A program made the position numbers and the translations under genes. From contig NC_057749.1 in assembly GCF_004010195.1 (NCBI RefSeq), forward strand, positions 21,674,331 through 21,738,330: a stretch of 64,000 nt of DNA. The letters run 5' to 3'. Positions 12,540-24,745 of the stretch are shown here, one piece after another. The DNA is from Chiloscyllium plagiosum (lineage: Eukaryota). Position 1 is the first letter of the stretch. The number at the start of each line of letters is the position of its first letter. A model generated the notes under the pieces. The model was given only the letters and a program-made list of their open reading frames with translations, was not told the DNA's origin and made no database searches.

Positions 12540-12760
12540 TGGGATCCCTCACTTTTCGAAAGCTCGCTTTACACAACTTCGCTTTTACGAGAGACCTACA
12601 TTCATATCTGTTTTCGGGAATCCAAAGAGGATTTTCGCTTTTACTAAAAAAATGGTGAAATTGTTCCCATTTAAATGACTGCTTCTTCACTTTACGTCAT
12701 CTCAGCTTATGAAAGGGTTCATAAGAAAGTTCTACTTTCAGATGGAGGAGGAAACCTTTA
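12540..12760. mobile_element. Probable non-autonomous DNA transposon (Tigger/pogo-like MITE) remnant inserted in an old CR1 3' end
   Basis: Imperfect terminal inverted similarity (cccTcacttttcgaaag vs rc of ctttcagatggaggaggaaacc) and internal repeats of ttcgctttac. CR1-like 3' sequence flanks both sides. Confidence 0.45.
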
Positions 12761-13034
12761 CTGCTACAATGTTATTAGAGTTTCTGACTCAACCACCCTT
12801 TAAGCAGTGAGTTCCAGACTTCCACGATCCTCTGAGTTTAAAAAGAAAATCCTCAACTTTCCCCTTGAACTTGTACCTCTTATATTACATCTATTCCCCT
12901 GGATATTGACAACTCTACTGATGGATAAAGTGCCTTTCTACTCCCCTCATAATCTTATTACTGTTCACTCTCAATGTTCACCTCTCCCAGGAAAACAACC
13001 CCAACTCATCAAATCAAACCCTCCAGCCTCAGCA

Positions 13035-13928
13035 ATGGTGTAGTGGACAGTGAAGAAGGTTATCTCAGAGAAAAATGGGATCATGATCAGGTGGGCCGAT
13101 GGGCCGAGGAGTGGCAGATGAAATTTAAATCAGATAAATGTGAGGTGCTGCATTTTGGTAAGGCAAATCAGGCCAGGACTTATACACTTAGTGTTAGGGT
13201 CCTGGGGAGTGTTGTCAAACAAGGAGACCTAGGGGTGAAGATGCATAGTTCCTTGAAGGTAGAGTCGCAGGTCGACAGGATGGTGAAGAAAGTATTTGGT
13301 ATGCTTTCCTTTATTGGTCAGTGCATTGCGTATATGGGTTGGGAGGTCATGTTGCAGAATTCCAGGACTTTGGTTAGGCCACTTTTGGAATACTGCATTC
13401 AATTCTGGTCTTCCTGCTATAGGAAAGATGTTGTGAAACTCGAAAGGGTTCAGAAAAAAGTTACATTGCCAGGGTTGGAGGGTTTGAGCAAGAGGAAAAG
13501 GCTGAATAGACTGGGGCTGTTATCCCAAGAGTGTTGGAGTGTTGGGGTGACCTTATAGAGGTTTATAAAATCATGAGGGGCACGGATAGGATAAATAGCA
13601 AAGGGGTTTTCCCCACGGTAAGGTAGTCCAAAACTCGAGGGCATAGGTTTAGGGTGAGAGGGGAAAGATATAAAAGAGACCTAAGGGGCAACTTTTACAC
13701 ACAGAGGGTGGTGTGTGTATGGAATGAGCTGCCACAGGAAGTGGTGGAGGCTGGTACAAATACTGAATTTAAAAGGTATGTGGATGGGTATATGAATAGG
13801 AAGGGTATAGAGGGATAAGGGCCAGGTGCTGGCAAATGGGACTAGATTAGGTTGAGATATCTGTTCAGTATGGATGAGTTGGACCGAAGGGTGTGTTTCC
13901 GTGCTGTACATCTCTATGACTATGACTC
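13035..13928 (+). mobile_element. 5'-truncated CR1 LINE
   Basis: WAEEWQMKFKSDKCEVLHFG...DLGV...LVRPLLEYCIQFW, ending in a (ctatga)n tail. Confidence 0.92.
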
Positions 13929-15154
13929 AGAGGTAGGGGCCCTAACACCATTTTACAAGAGCACCCAGCAGAAGGGGCTAGTCTGTGATGGGGGATTTGT
14001 TCCTTCTCCCTACGTTGATCGTCTCAGCGGCCTCCACTTTGAGCCATTCCATTTGTATTTTGAATGGTTCATTAGTCCCAGTGAGGTATCGCTGAAGAGT
14101 TCACCGTGTTCGCTGATTGGAGAATGGGGCCTCTCAGAGAGACCCACTCTCCGTTTCGCTGAAGGCTGTGACTGGACATGCAACAAGGTGACGTTTCACT
14201 CTGTGGAGTCATTCACCCAGTGTCGCCAATGATTCCCTTCAAAGAAAACATTCAGCACAGGCTCGGCATTACGATGGAAGGAAGTGAATGTGAGGGTGTC
14301 AGAAACTTCATCAATAACGCTGACTCCAGTAGCTAGGTGGCCACAGCTTGGGATATAATTGATCGGTGCAGATGACAGTGTAACTGCACTCATAACACCT
14401 GACTCCTTCATCAACAATGACCAGTCACAAATCGAGCCGTCCACCAGCGATGCTGCTGGTCTGTTTTTTTGTCATGTCCATGCATCATAAGAGACATAAT
14501 AAGGTCTCTAGTGCTTGTGTCTTAATCTCCTCCTTTGGTGATAGAAAGGGCCTTAATCACTTTACATACTCTAGGAAGGAGCACGCATTCATTACAGAGC
14601 AAAAGATCATCAGCTGTCAACTTGCACATTCTGCACCACCCACCCCCACCCCAGGCCGCGAGGATGCTTTCTACAGAAAGTGGTGCCATACATTAACACG
14701 TTGCATGGAGTATCAGCTTCCCATTCGAGGACAAAGGGTATGAGCCGTGAGGTTTGAGATGGAAGGGGGTGGGTCCAGCCCTCAAGGATGTAATCTCCAA
14801 GTCAATTCCTCCAACTCCATGTTAATTCATTCCCTCCCCTCTCCTGCATTTGTTATTGTCGCACTGCCTCCAGTGGTTGGTGCTTGCTAACTGTTCTCTT
14901 AAAGAGTGAACAACGCCAAGTTATAGTCCAACAGCTGGTGCTTCTAAATAAACCTGTTCGTCTTTAACCTGGGGTTGTGGTAGTGTCCCTGCCTTGCAGC
15001 CAGTTGATCCAGGTTTAAGTCCCACCTTCCCCAGAGATGCAGTAACATCTGAACAGGTTGCTTACACAATACCTTAAAGGGTAGACTGGGTATTGTCCTG
15101 ATAAAGGGTTTTGTGCTCAGACCTCTGACAAGTTGTGCCTGTGTACTCAACTAG

Positions 15155-15630
15155 ATTCATAGAGCTGTACAATGTGGAATCAAACCCTTCCGTCCAACTC
15201 ACCCATGCTGACCAGATATCCTAAACTAATCTAATCCTATTTGTTTCATGTCCCTCTAAACCCTTCTGATTTATGAACCCATCGCTTGACTTTTAAATGT
15301 TGCAATTGTACCCATCTCAATCACTTCCTTGGGATATCTGCTCCATACACACAGCACTCTCTGTGTGAAAAAGTTATCCCTTAGGTCCCCCTTAAACCTT
15401 TCCCTCGCACATTAAATCTATGCCCTCTACTTTTGGACTCCCCTGCCCTGGGGAAAATACCTTGTCTATTCACCCTACCCATGCCTCTCATGATTTTATA
15501 AACCTCTATTAGGTCACCCCTCAGCCTCTGAAGCTCCAGGGAAACAGCCCCAGCCTATTCAGCTTCTCCCTATAGCTCAAACCCTCTCCAATCCCAGAAA
15601 CACCCTTGTAAATCCTTTCTGCACCCTTTC
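15155..15630 (-). mobile_element. CR1 LINE 3' end, running into an assembly gap
   Basis: GLSYREKLNRLGLF and a 3' UTR homologous to 13600-13928. Confidence 0.85.
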
Positions 15631-16194
15631 NNNNNNNNNNNNNNNNNNNNNNNNNNNNNNNNNNNNNNNNNNNNNNNNNNNNNNNNNNNNNNNNNNNNNN
15701 NNNNNNNNNNNNNNNNNNNNNNNNNNNNNNNNNNNNNNNNNNNNNNNNNNNNNNNNNNNNNNNNNNNNNNNNNNNNNNNNNNNNNNNNNNNNNNNNNNNN
15801 NNNNNNNNNNNNNNNNNNNNNNNNNNNNNNNNNNNNNNNNNNNNNNNNNNNNNNNNNNNNNNNNNNNNNNNNNNNNNNNNNNNNNNNNNNNNNNNNNNNN
15901 NNNNNNNNNNNNNNNNNNNNNNNNNNNNNNNNNNNNNNNNNNNNNNNNNNNNNNNNNNNNNNNNNNNNNNNNNNNNNNNNNNNNNNNNNNNNNNNNNNNN
16001 NNNNNNNNNNNNNNNNNNNNNNNNNNNNNNNNNNNNNNNNNNNNNNNNNNNNNNNNNNNNNNNNNNNNNNNNNNNNNNNNNNNNNNNNNNNNNNNNNNNN
16101 NNNNNNNNNNNNNNNNNNNNNNNNNNNNNNNNNNNNNNNNNNNNNNNNNNNNNNNNNNNNNNNNNNNNNNNNNNNNNNNNNNNNNNNNNNNCAG

Positions 16195-16430
16195 ATACTG
16201 GAGAGATGACAGCAAAGTCAAGTAGCCACAGTCCCAAAGGGGTGCTCTTTCATTAGAGGGAGGTAACTGGTGGTGGTTTAACCTGAGGGTCACCACATCT
16301 CAGGTGAGGGGGGAGAGGTTGAGAATGAGAGCTCACCATGGGAACTTCAGCGAGGGCAAGAATTGAACCCATCCTGTCAATAGCACACTGCATTACAAGT
16401 CAGCCATCCAGCCAATTGAGCAAGCCAACT
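16195..16430 (-). mobile_element. tRNA-derived SINE of a second family (another copy at ~30085-30240 on +)
   Basis: Minus strand shows an A-box-like tgctcaattggc and a B-box-like gggttcaattc. The body (ctcacctgaG..gtggtgaccctcaggttaaaccaccaccagtt) is shared with 30085-30240. Confidence 0.55.
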
Positions 16431-16434
16431 CCAT

Positions 16435-16745
16435 AGGGTGGCACAGTGGTTAGCACTGCTACCTCACAGTGCCAGGGACCTGGGTTTGATTCCAGCTTTA
16501 GGAGATCTGTCTGTGTGGAGTATGCAAATTCTCTTTGCATTTGAATGGGGTTTCCTCTCACAGTCCAAAGATGTGCAGGTCAGGGTGGATTGGCCATGCT
16601 AAATTGTCCATAGTGTTCAGGGATGTGTAGGTTAGGTGCATTAGTCTTGGGTAAATGCAGAGTAATAGGGTAAGGGAATGGGTTTGAGTGGGATACTCTT
16701 CGGTGGGTCGGTGTGGACCTGTTTCCACTTTGTAGGGATTCTGTG
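16435..16745 (+). mobile_element. HE1-like tRNA-derived V-SINE
   Basis: gtggcacagtggttagcactgct...cctcacag...gggtttgattcc...gtgtggag...cacagtccaaagatgtgcagg. Confidence 0.85.
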
Positions 16746-17249
16746 AGCTGCTGTATGAGGGGCTGAGGGAGATGTTGCTCCTTGAGTAGGCATGCAGACA
16801 GCTTCATCTCATTCCCACTTTAGCACAGAGAAGTACTTAGACTGTATGCACATGTATGACATCAGGGCTTCCCTTCAGCAGCTCCTGAAACAGAGGAGGA
16901 CATAGATGCTGACAGCTACCATTCAGTCCATTCCAGTACAATCCATGACCCTGGAGCAGACTAACTGGGCTCTGAGAAATAATGTGTGATGCTATCCATA
17001 ATGCAGGTTGTTTTTGATGAGTATTTATCTTTCAAAACTCAAGTAATTTTAGTATTTGCAAGGTTTTATTAGAAGTAATCTAAGGTTCAACAATAACAGT
17101 AAAGTCTATTCAATTCGGTGGTATTTCCTATTTATCCTATCTGGTAACTTTAACCAGGATTATTAGAATATTTATTGAAATAATAAGAATATAAGCACAG
17201 CCAGTAAGCATTACTTAAAATTCAATCAGTAAAATAATTAAGTTAACCC

Positions 17250-18170
17250 TATAAAAGTTTCAGGAGGGTGATGTGTGGCAGTTGCAGAATGTGGGAGCTC
17301 ATGGACACTATCCGAGGTAAACATGTCTGCAGTAAACAAGAGGAACTTCGGCTCTGAAACAATCAGATGGAGGACAAACTGTGCCACAGCAGGGAAGAGG
17401 ATAGATGCCTGGACATATTGTTCCAGGAGACAATCCCATGTTTTAGAGAAGGGAGGTATAATTAGGTCCATGATCAGGGACTGTAAGGTGTGACTGCAAG
17501 TGAGGGATCAAGTTATGGGGATCAAGGAGGTAGAAGCTGAGGATCTTCAGTGCTTGTCATTATCCAAACAGGTTTGAGGTTCTTGCAAATTGCTTGGATG
17601 AAAACTAGGGCTGCTCTGTAAATGAATGAACTGATCATGACACAATGGTACAGGGAACCAATCAATTACAGGTGAAGCTAATCAGAATGTAATGGGAGTA
17701 CGGGACAATATTGTTGGAGGGATTGACACTGTTTTTCACAAGAGACAGCAAGACTCCAGAAGGATGTGCTGCCCTAGCCAGTGTCAGGGTTTGAGGTTCC
17801 TGCCTCAGGCGACTGACTCTGTGGAGTTTGCACATTCTCCCTGTGTCTGCGTGGGTTTCCTCCGGGTGCTCCGGTTTCCTCCCATAGTCCAAAAATGTGC
17901 CGGTTAGGTGAATTGGCCATGCTAAACTGCCCAGTGTTCGGTGAAGGGGTAAATGTAGGGGAATGGGTCTGGGTGGATTGCGCTTCGGCGGGTCAGAGTG
18001 GACTTGTTGGGCCGAAGGGCATGTTTCCACACTGTAAGTAATCTAAGTAATCTAATCTAATCATATCTGCACATAGTTGGAGAGAAACCTGCAGTGGAAC
18101 ACGGAGGATCCATTGCCATCATTCACATGGGTATCGATGACGTAGGAAAATTAGTACCTCAGACTGAGGA
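17250..18170 (+). mobile_element. Degraded CR1 ORF1 (SGNH esterase) region, interrupted by a HE1-like SINE at ~17790-18062
   Basis: VRDNIVGGIDTVF..QQDSRRMCC resembles the CR1 ORF1 motif GDSIVRG..RDSRMVCCLPG. IHMGIDDVGK (~18120) resembles HVGTNDIG. Confidence 0.6.
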
Positions 18171-18184
18171 TCTGTGATCACAAT

Positions 18185-18470
18185 TAGATTACCTACAGCA
18201 TGGAAACAGGCGCTTCGACCCAACAAGTCCACACCAACCCTTCAAAGAGTAATCCACCCAGACCCATTCACATTCCCCTACGTTTACCCTGAACACTGTG
18301 GACAATTTAGCACAGCCAATTCATCTAACCGTCACAGATTTGGGTTGTGGGAGGAAACCAATGCAGACACAGGGAAAACGTGCAAACTCCACACAGACAG
18401 TCACCCAAGGTGGGAATCAAACCCAGGTCCCTGGCGCTGTGAGGCAGCAGTGCTAACCACTGTCACCCCC
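18185..18470 (-). mobile_element. HE1-like V-SINE
   Basis: Reverse complement of the SINE consensus, ending gctgtgaggcagcagtgctaaccac. Confidence 0.88.
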
Positions 18471-18673
18471 CCGAATCAGGTTGGGTGGAGTTGTGAAACA
18501 GCAAAGGACAGCAAATGTTGCTAGGAATGCTTATAACAAAACAGTCGTGACAATGTATGACAAGGAGTAAGTCAGGAAATTAGAGAAACATTCAACAAGG
18601 ATAATATAGGGATTATGAGAACTTCAATCTTTTTAGAGACTGGCTAAAGGGACCAACTAGATAAAGGGCTATT

Positions 18674-18764
18674 CCTGAAGAAGGGCTCATGCCCGAAACG
18701 TCGACTCTCCTGCTCCTTGGATGCTGCCTGACCTGCTGCGCTTTTCCAGCAACACATTTTCAGC
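18674..18764 (+). mobile_element. Single-arm family A element with intact hammerhead core and 11-bp TSD
   Basis: CTGAAGA-a-gggc-tcat-gccc-GAAA-cgtc at 18675-18702. aaagggctatt is duplicated at 18663-18673 and 18765-18775. Confidence 0.85.
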
Positions 18765-19109
18765 AAAGGGCTATTTTGGAAAAGGTTAGTCAAAACCCAG
18801 TTGTAAATTGGTTGTGATAGATTGGATCTACATTCAGAAGAATGGCGATAGACATGCGATACTTAGCATTTGAAGAATGAATACATGGTTTTATAAAAAT
18901 GATATTTCTTGAAGGCACAAAAACTCAACGGGAAAGGTAATCCAACATCGCTAACAAACAAGTTCAATGTTATATTAGATTAAAAAGACAACCCCCCCCC
19001 CCACCACCACCGATGGTCACACTCTTGGTGAAATATAATCTCTAGCTCAGTTTGGGTCGTCAAACAATTTTTTATCTTCACCAATGCAAGGGTAACTTAA
19101 ATCAGCAGG

Positions 19110-20002
19110 CCACAGTGAATAGCCAAGAAGATTACCTCAGAGTACAATGGGACCTTGATCAGACGGGCCAAGGAATGGCAGTTGGAGTTTAGTTTAGATA
19201 AATGGGAGGGGGTTTCATTTTAGAAAAGCAAATCAGGGCAGTACTTATACATGGTAAGATCAGGGAGAGTGTTGCTGAACAAAGAGACCTTGGAGTGCAG
19301 GTTCATAGCTCCTTGAAAGTGGAGTCGCAGGTAGATAGGATAGTGAAGAAGGCATTTGGTATGCTTTCCTTTATTGGTCAGTGCATTGAGTACAAGAGTT
19401 GGGAGGTCATGTTTTGGCTGTATAGGACATTGGTTAGGCCACTTTTGGAATACTGCCTGCATTTCTGGTCTCCCTCCTATGGGAAGGATATTGTGAAACT
19501 TAAAAGGTTTCAGAAAAGATGGACATAGATTTTGCCAGGCTGGAGAGTTTGAGCTGCAGGAAGAGGGTTAGTAGACTGGGCTATTTTCCCTGGAGCATCA
19601 GAGGCTGAGGGGGGGGGGGCCTTATAGAGGTTTATAAAATCATGAGGGGCATGGATAGGGTAAATAGCCAAGATATTTTCCCCAGGATGGGCGAGTCCAA
19701 AACTAGAGGGCATGGGTTTAAGGTGAAAGGGGAAGTTTTAAAAGGGACCTAAGGGGCAGCTTTTTCATGCAGAGCGTGGTACGTGTATGGAATGAGCTGC
19801 CAGAGAAAGTGGTGAAGGCTGATACAATTACAGTATTTAAAAGGCATCTGGATGGGCTTATGAATAGGAAGGGTTTGGAGGGATCTGGGACAAATGCTGG
19901 CAAATGGGACTAGAATTATTTAAGACATCTGATCAGCATGGACGAGTTGAACTGAAGGGTCTACTTCCATGCTGTACAGCTCTATGACTCCATGACTCTA
20001 TG
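19110..20002 (+). mobile_element. 5'-truncated CR1 LINE
   Basis: QRDLGVQVHSSLKVESQVDRIVKKAFGML...LVRPLLEYC and a (ctatga)n-like tail. Confidence 0.92.
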
Positions 20003-20459
20003 ACAAGACTTAAAAGCAGTAAACCTCAGAACTCAGAGCATTTTAGAACTCAGTAAAAGAGGACCAAGAAACTGATAAAGAGAGAGAAATTAGAATATGA
20101 AAGTAAATGCATGAGAAACATCCAACAGTACAGGCCCCCCAGAAGTTTTCAGCTAGGTTGCAGGTAAGGTGAGTCGGTGGTGAGGAAGGCCACTCCCTGG
20201 ATTTTAACCACACCTCACCCCATGCTATCCCACAGCTGCAAATTTGCTGTCAGTGGAATGTAAAATCAAACCCCATACCTCTACTTACAAAGCCAAATCC
20301 CATGCATTTTATTAGATTCAAAGTCCTGGACAGAAAGGCTTCTAGGTGTCTCAATCCCTTCATCCCCTTTTAATTTTTTCCACGTAGCTTTGACTGTCTC
20401 TCATTTACCCCACCTCAAATGTTTCTGCTTTGAATTTCATCCCACCGGTTTGTCTATGT

Positions 20460-21460
20460 TTGATTTGATTTGATTTATTGTCAAGTGTACCTCAATATAG
20501 TGGAAAGCTTTGTTTGCAAGCAGTACAAACAGATAAAACCAAGCAAGGGCATACAGATCTTAAGGTGAAAAAATAAACTTGGACAGAGTAAGGCATGCAG
20601 GTCACACTGTACAGCACTAGGCAAGATCATATTAACAGTATTATTTGAAGTTAGGGAGTCCATTCAAAAGTCTAATAACAGCTGGGAAGAAGCTGCTCCT
20701 GAACCTGTTGGTGCATGTGTTCAGGCTTCTGTATGTTCTGCCTGACGGAATAGGTTGTGGGAGAACATTACGGGGTGCAATGGGTCTTTGATGATGTTGG
20801 CAGCCTTTCTGCGGCAACAAGATAGATAAATGGAGTCCATGGATGGGAGGTTGGCTTCTGTGATGGTGTGGGCTGTGCACACAACTTTCTGTCATTTCTC
20901 ATGGTCCTGGGCAGAGCAGTTGCCATACCAGACCATTATGCACTGGACAGTACGCTTTCTATGGTACATCTGTGGAAGTTGGTCAGGGTCGTTATGGACA
21001 TGCTGAATTTCCTGAGCTGCCTGAGGAAGAAGATGCATTGTTGTGGCTTCTTGACCATCGCATCTATGTGGGGTGTCCAGGACAGGTTGTTGGTTATTGT
21101 CACTCTGAGGAACTTGAAGCTCTCCATCCTGTCAGCCTCAGCTCCATTGATATAGATGGGGGCGTGTTCTCTTCATTTCTTTCTGAAGTCAATGATCAGT
21201 TCCTTTGTTTTGCCGAAGTTCAGAGAGAGACTGTTCTCATTGCACCATAACGTCAAGCCTTCTATCTCCCTTCTGCATTCGGACTCATCGTTGTTTGATA
21301 TTGATCCTGCCACAGTGGTGCCATCAGCGAACTTATAGATGCCATTCATTCGGAATTTGGCAACACAGTTGTGATGTATATGCAGTATGGTAGAGGGGCT
21401 GAGAATGCATTCTTGGGGGAGGGGGCTCCAATGTTGAGTGTTATGGTGGAGGAAGCCTCT
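20460..21460 (-). mobile_element. Rex1/Babar-clade LINE 3' portion
   Basis: FKFLRVTITNNLSWTPHIDAMVKK..FFLRQLRKF..FHRCTIESVLS and PSGRTYRS..TNRFRSSFFPAVIRLLN. The tail reads (tttga)n on +. Confidence 0.85.
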
Positions 21461-21634
21461 TGACTTCTTTCACTATCCTCATTCTGGGTACACTGCACTC
21501 CTAGGTTTTGTACAAGTCTCACAATTGCGTCTTGTATCCTGAAGTCTAAGTCATCAATGTACAATAATAATGCTATTTTTAATTGGCCTTAAGTCACCAA
21601 TTAATGGCCAGGTGTTTACAAACCTGGGTCCTCC

Positions 21635-21985
21635 ATTGTATCAGTGGCGTCTGTCCTTCGATTGAAAGATGACATCTACTGTGAGCTGTGGGTCTTCCTG
21701 TGACCGAATAGAGTAATTCTCAACCTTTCTTTCAATATGTGAGGTCCCATGAGGTGTTGGGATCCGGAGTGCTGGTATTTGCTCCCTCCTCCTTTCCTTA
21801 GCTTCTGCTGCTTTGCCTCGTCATTGACGGGCTGTTACTCCAGGTGGGATTTATCCTGACGGAGAAGCTGTTGCCATTTTGAGCAATTGGTCAGGAATTC
21901 CTCCCAGTCATTCATGTCAATGCTACTGAATTTCAGAGAGTCACATTTGTCTTCTCCTGGGACGCTGAGTATTGAAGAGTTGATG
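21635..21985 (-). mobile_element. RTE-like LINE 3' end remnant
   Basis: Minus-strand translation DSLKFSSIDMNDWEEFLTNCSKWQQL resembles an RTE C-terminus. Confidence 0.45.
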
Positions 21986-22136
21986 ATTTGATTTGATTTG
22001 ATCTATTGACACGTACATTTATGACAAATACAATGAAAAATGTTGTCTGGAGTGGCCACTTTTTGGTGCCATCACACAAAATAAACCCAAAACATAGAAG
22101 ATAAAGGCAGAAAAATAGAACAATAAAGTTAATCTT

Positions 22137-22458
22137 CTAGAATCCTTACACTGCGGAAACAGGCCATTTGGCCCAACAAGTCCACTCTGACCCTCTGAAG
22201 GGTAAACCATCCAGATCCAGTCCCCTACCCTAAGCTCTACATTTACTCATGACTCATGCACCTAACCTATAAATCGCTGAACGCTACGGGCAATTTAGCA
22301 TTGTCAATTCACCTAACCTGCACATCTTTGGACTGTGGGAGGAGACCTACACAGACTCAGGGAAAATCAGGCAAACTCCACACAGACAGTCACCCAAGAC
22401 TGGAATGAAACCCATGTCCCTGGCGCTGTGAAGCAGCAGTGCTAGCCACTGAGTCACT
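22137..22458 (-). mobile_element. HE1-like V-SINE
   Basis: Reverse-complement SINE body (aaactccacacagacagtcaccc...gctgtgaagcagcagtgctagccac). Confidence 0.88.
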
Positions 22459-23667
22459 TTAGGTGGTGTTTGGAACAGCTCTAGATTCTAGCTGAGCCAT
22501 GTGGCCTGGATTCGGGCTCCTCCACCCCAATGCCTTGGGTCCACGTGGCTAAACTGATGACACTGCCGTGATCGTGCTTCACTGTGTGCCGTCGCCACTG
22601 CTGGAACAGAGTCATCACTGTCTGGCATCATCTCACCTGCACCAATGTCACTGATACTGTGCGTTCATTATGGACTGATCCTGCGCTGGGCCCAAACCCG
22701 TCACCGTGTCCACTGTCAGGCACCCAGGCCTAGCCACAGGACCTGGAGCCTCTGCTCAGCCTGCAAGTCTAGGCCAAGAGGGATTAACTGTAGGGCCCGC
22801 TCCTCATTCAATGGGAGGCCTTGGCCTGGGGTAGCTGCCACTGACACCAGGTGCCTTCTTCTTCATCATTTACTCAGTCTAACTGGTCCCCAGGCCTGTA
22901 CTGCCATCTTCCTCCGCCATTCCACAAAGGGCCCGGTCTCGCTGATGTCACCGCCTATACTACAAACTGAATGACCCATCTCACTGCCAGTGCATGATCT
23001 ACCGTGTGTGAGTTTGTTTGTTTTTTAGCCGCATCAGCACTTTCCGTCGTTGGAAAGTGAGTCCTCAGCATTGACTTCAATAAAACTTGAGAATCTGATC
23101 GCCTGATGTTTTGCAGACGTGAGGAAGAATTGAGAAAGCGTTAAGTCAAAGCGATTTTTCGGATCCCCTCCCTCCCTCAGATCCTGAGAGAGCAGGAGCT
23201 AATGAGGGACTGTATTTTGGGCCAATCGGACAGAACCCTGCTTTAGCGGGGTTTTTGCCCGAATGCACATGGAGGAGTCTTCAGGAATGATATGAATATT
23301 TGTTCCTGTAGTTAAACAACTCTGTGCGATTGTCCAGCAGGTCAGTGACCTTGACAACAAGTGTCTGATCATTAAACATCATCCTGTACTGTATCCAGGT
23401 TCATCAGTAACATACCTGGTGTTGGCCACTGCACGTACAGCTTTTCATTACCTCCTGAGTGTCTGTCTGGGTCATCTCCTGAACATGGTGAGTTCAGGAC
23501 ATGAGAACTTCCATCAAAATCCTGACAAGGAAACCTCAATGCCCACTTTCTCTCAAATATTCAACTACATAAAATATCACATTGCAGCTTCGGTTTTCCT
23601 CCAGTTATTCTGGCAGCCACAAAGTGCTTCCCCTTTAAGAGAAACTGGCCACCTTTAAGTAATGGAT

Positions 23668-23995
23668 GGTACGGTGGCTCAGTGGTTAGCACTGCTGCCT
23701 CACAGCTTCAGGGACCTGGGTTCAATTCCACCCTCGGACCACTATCTGTGCGGAGTTTGCACAATCTCCCCGTGTCTGCGTGGATTTCCTCCCACAGTCC
23801 AAAGATGTGCAGGTTAAGGTGGATTGGCCATGCTACATTTCCCCGCAATGTCCAGGGATGTGTAGGCCAGGTGGGTTAGCCCTGGGGAAGGCGGGGATAG
23901 AGTTAGGGTGCTGGGTCTGAGTGGGATGCTCTTCGGTGGGTCGGTGTGGACCCATTGGGCCATGTGACCTGCTTCTACACTGTAGAGATTCTATA
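23668..23995 (+). mobile_element. HE1-like V-SINE
   Basis: ggtacggtggctcagtggttagcactgctgcctcacag...gggttcaattcc. Confidence 0.88.
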
Positions 23996-24314
23996 ATCAC
24001 TCAAAATACCAGGCGTGTTGAGGTCTGGGTTCAAATCCCACCTGTTCCAAAGGTGTGTGATAACACCTCAAAACAGGCTGATTAAGAAAATATCCATAAA
24101 TCAGCTGATATTTACCCATCCGCTCGGGGTCTATTTGGTTACAGTGTGATGTTTCTGGTTGATTACAGCATGTCTAAGTTCAGGGTAACTTAGCTACAGG
24201 ATCTGATTGCAGTTCTGTCATTTTACCTCACTCCTGTAACTGGAATAAACTGATATCAGGAATCCTATTTCCCAGCGATTTGGGATTTGTGGCCAATTTC
24301 CTGAGAATCATTTG

Positions 24315-24745
24315 GGGGTTTGGCTGAGGGGACAGCATTGGAGGCTGAGGGAGGTCAGGGTCTAAGGGAGGAGTCAGGGTCAGGGGGAAAAGTCAGGTTA
24401 TGGGGGAGGAGACANNNNNNNNNNNNNNNNNNNNNNNNNNNNNNNNNNNNNNNNNNNNNNNNNNNNNNNNNNNNNNNNNNNNNNNNNNNNNNNNNNNNNN
24501 NNNNNNNNNNNNNNNNNNNNNNNNNNNNNNNNNNNNNNNNNNNNNNNNNNNNNNNNNNNNNNNNNNNNNNNNNNNNNNNNNNNGGAGTGAAGTCAGGGCT
24601 TGAGGAGGGGGTCAGGGTCTGAGGGAGGGGTCATGGGGTGGGGGAAGTTAGGATCTGAGGGAGGGGTCGGGGTTTGGAGGAATGTCAGGGTCTGGAGAGT
24701 GGGTGTGGTCAGTTTCTGGGGGTGGGGGCACAGTCTGAGTGAGGG
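24315..24745 (+). repeat. G-rich degenerate tandem repeat (~18-bp GAGGGAGGGGTCAGGGTCT-like unit) spanning a gap
   Basis: Repeated gtcagggtct(g/a)aggg motifs on both sides of N-run 24415-24583. Confidence 0.7.

Noticed and set aside
15521..16296. Long ORFs containing X runs (also 24320-24622 and 51257-52003)
   Set aside because: They only span assembly gaps.
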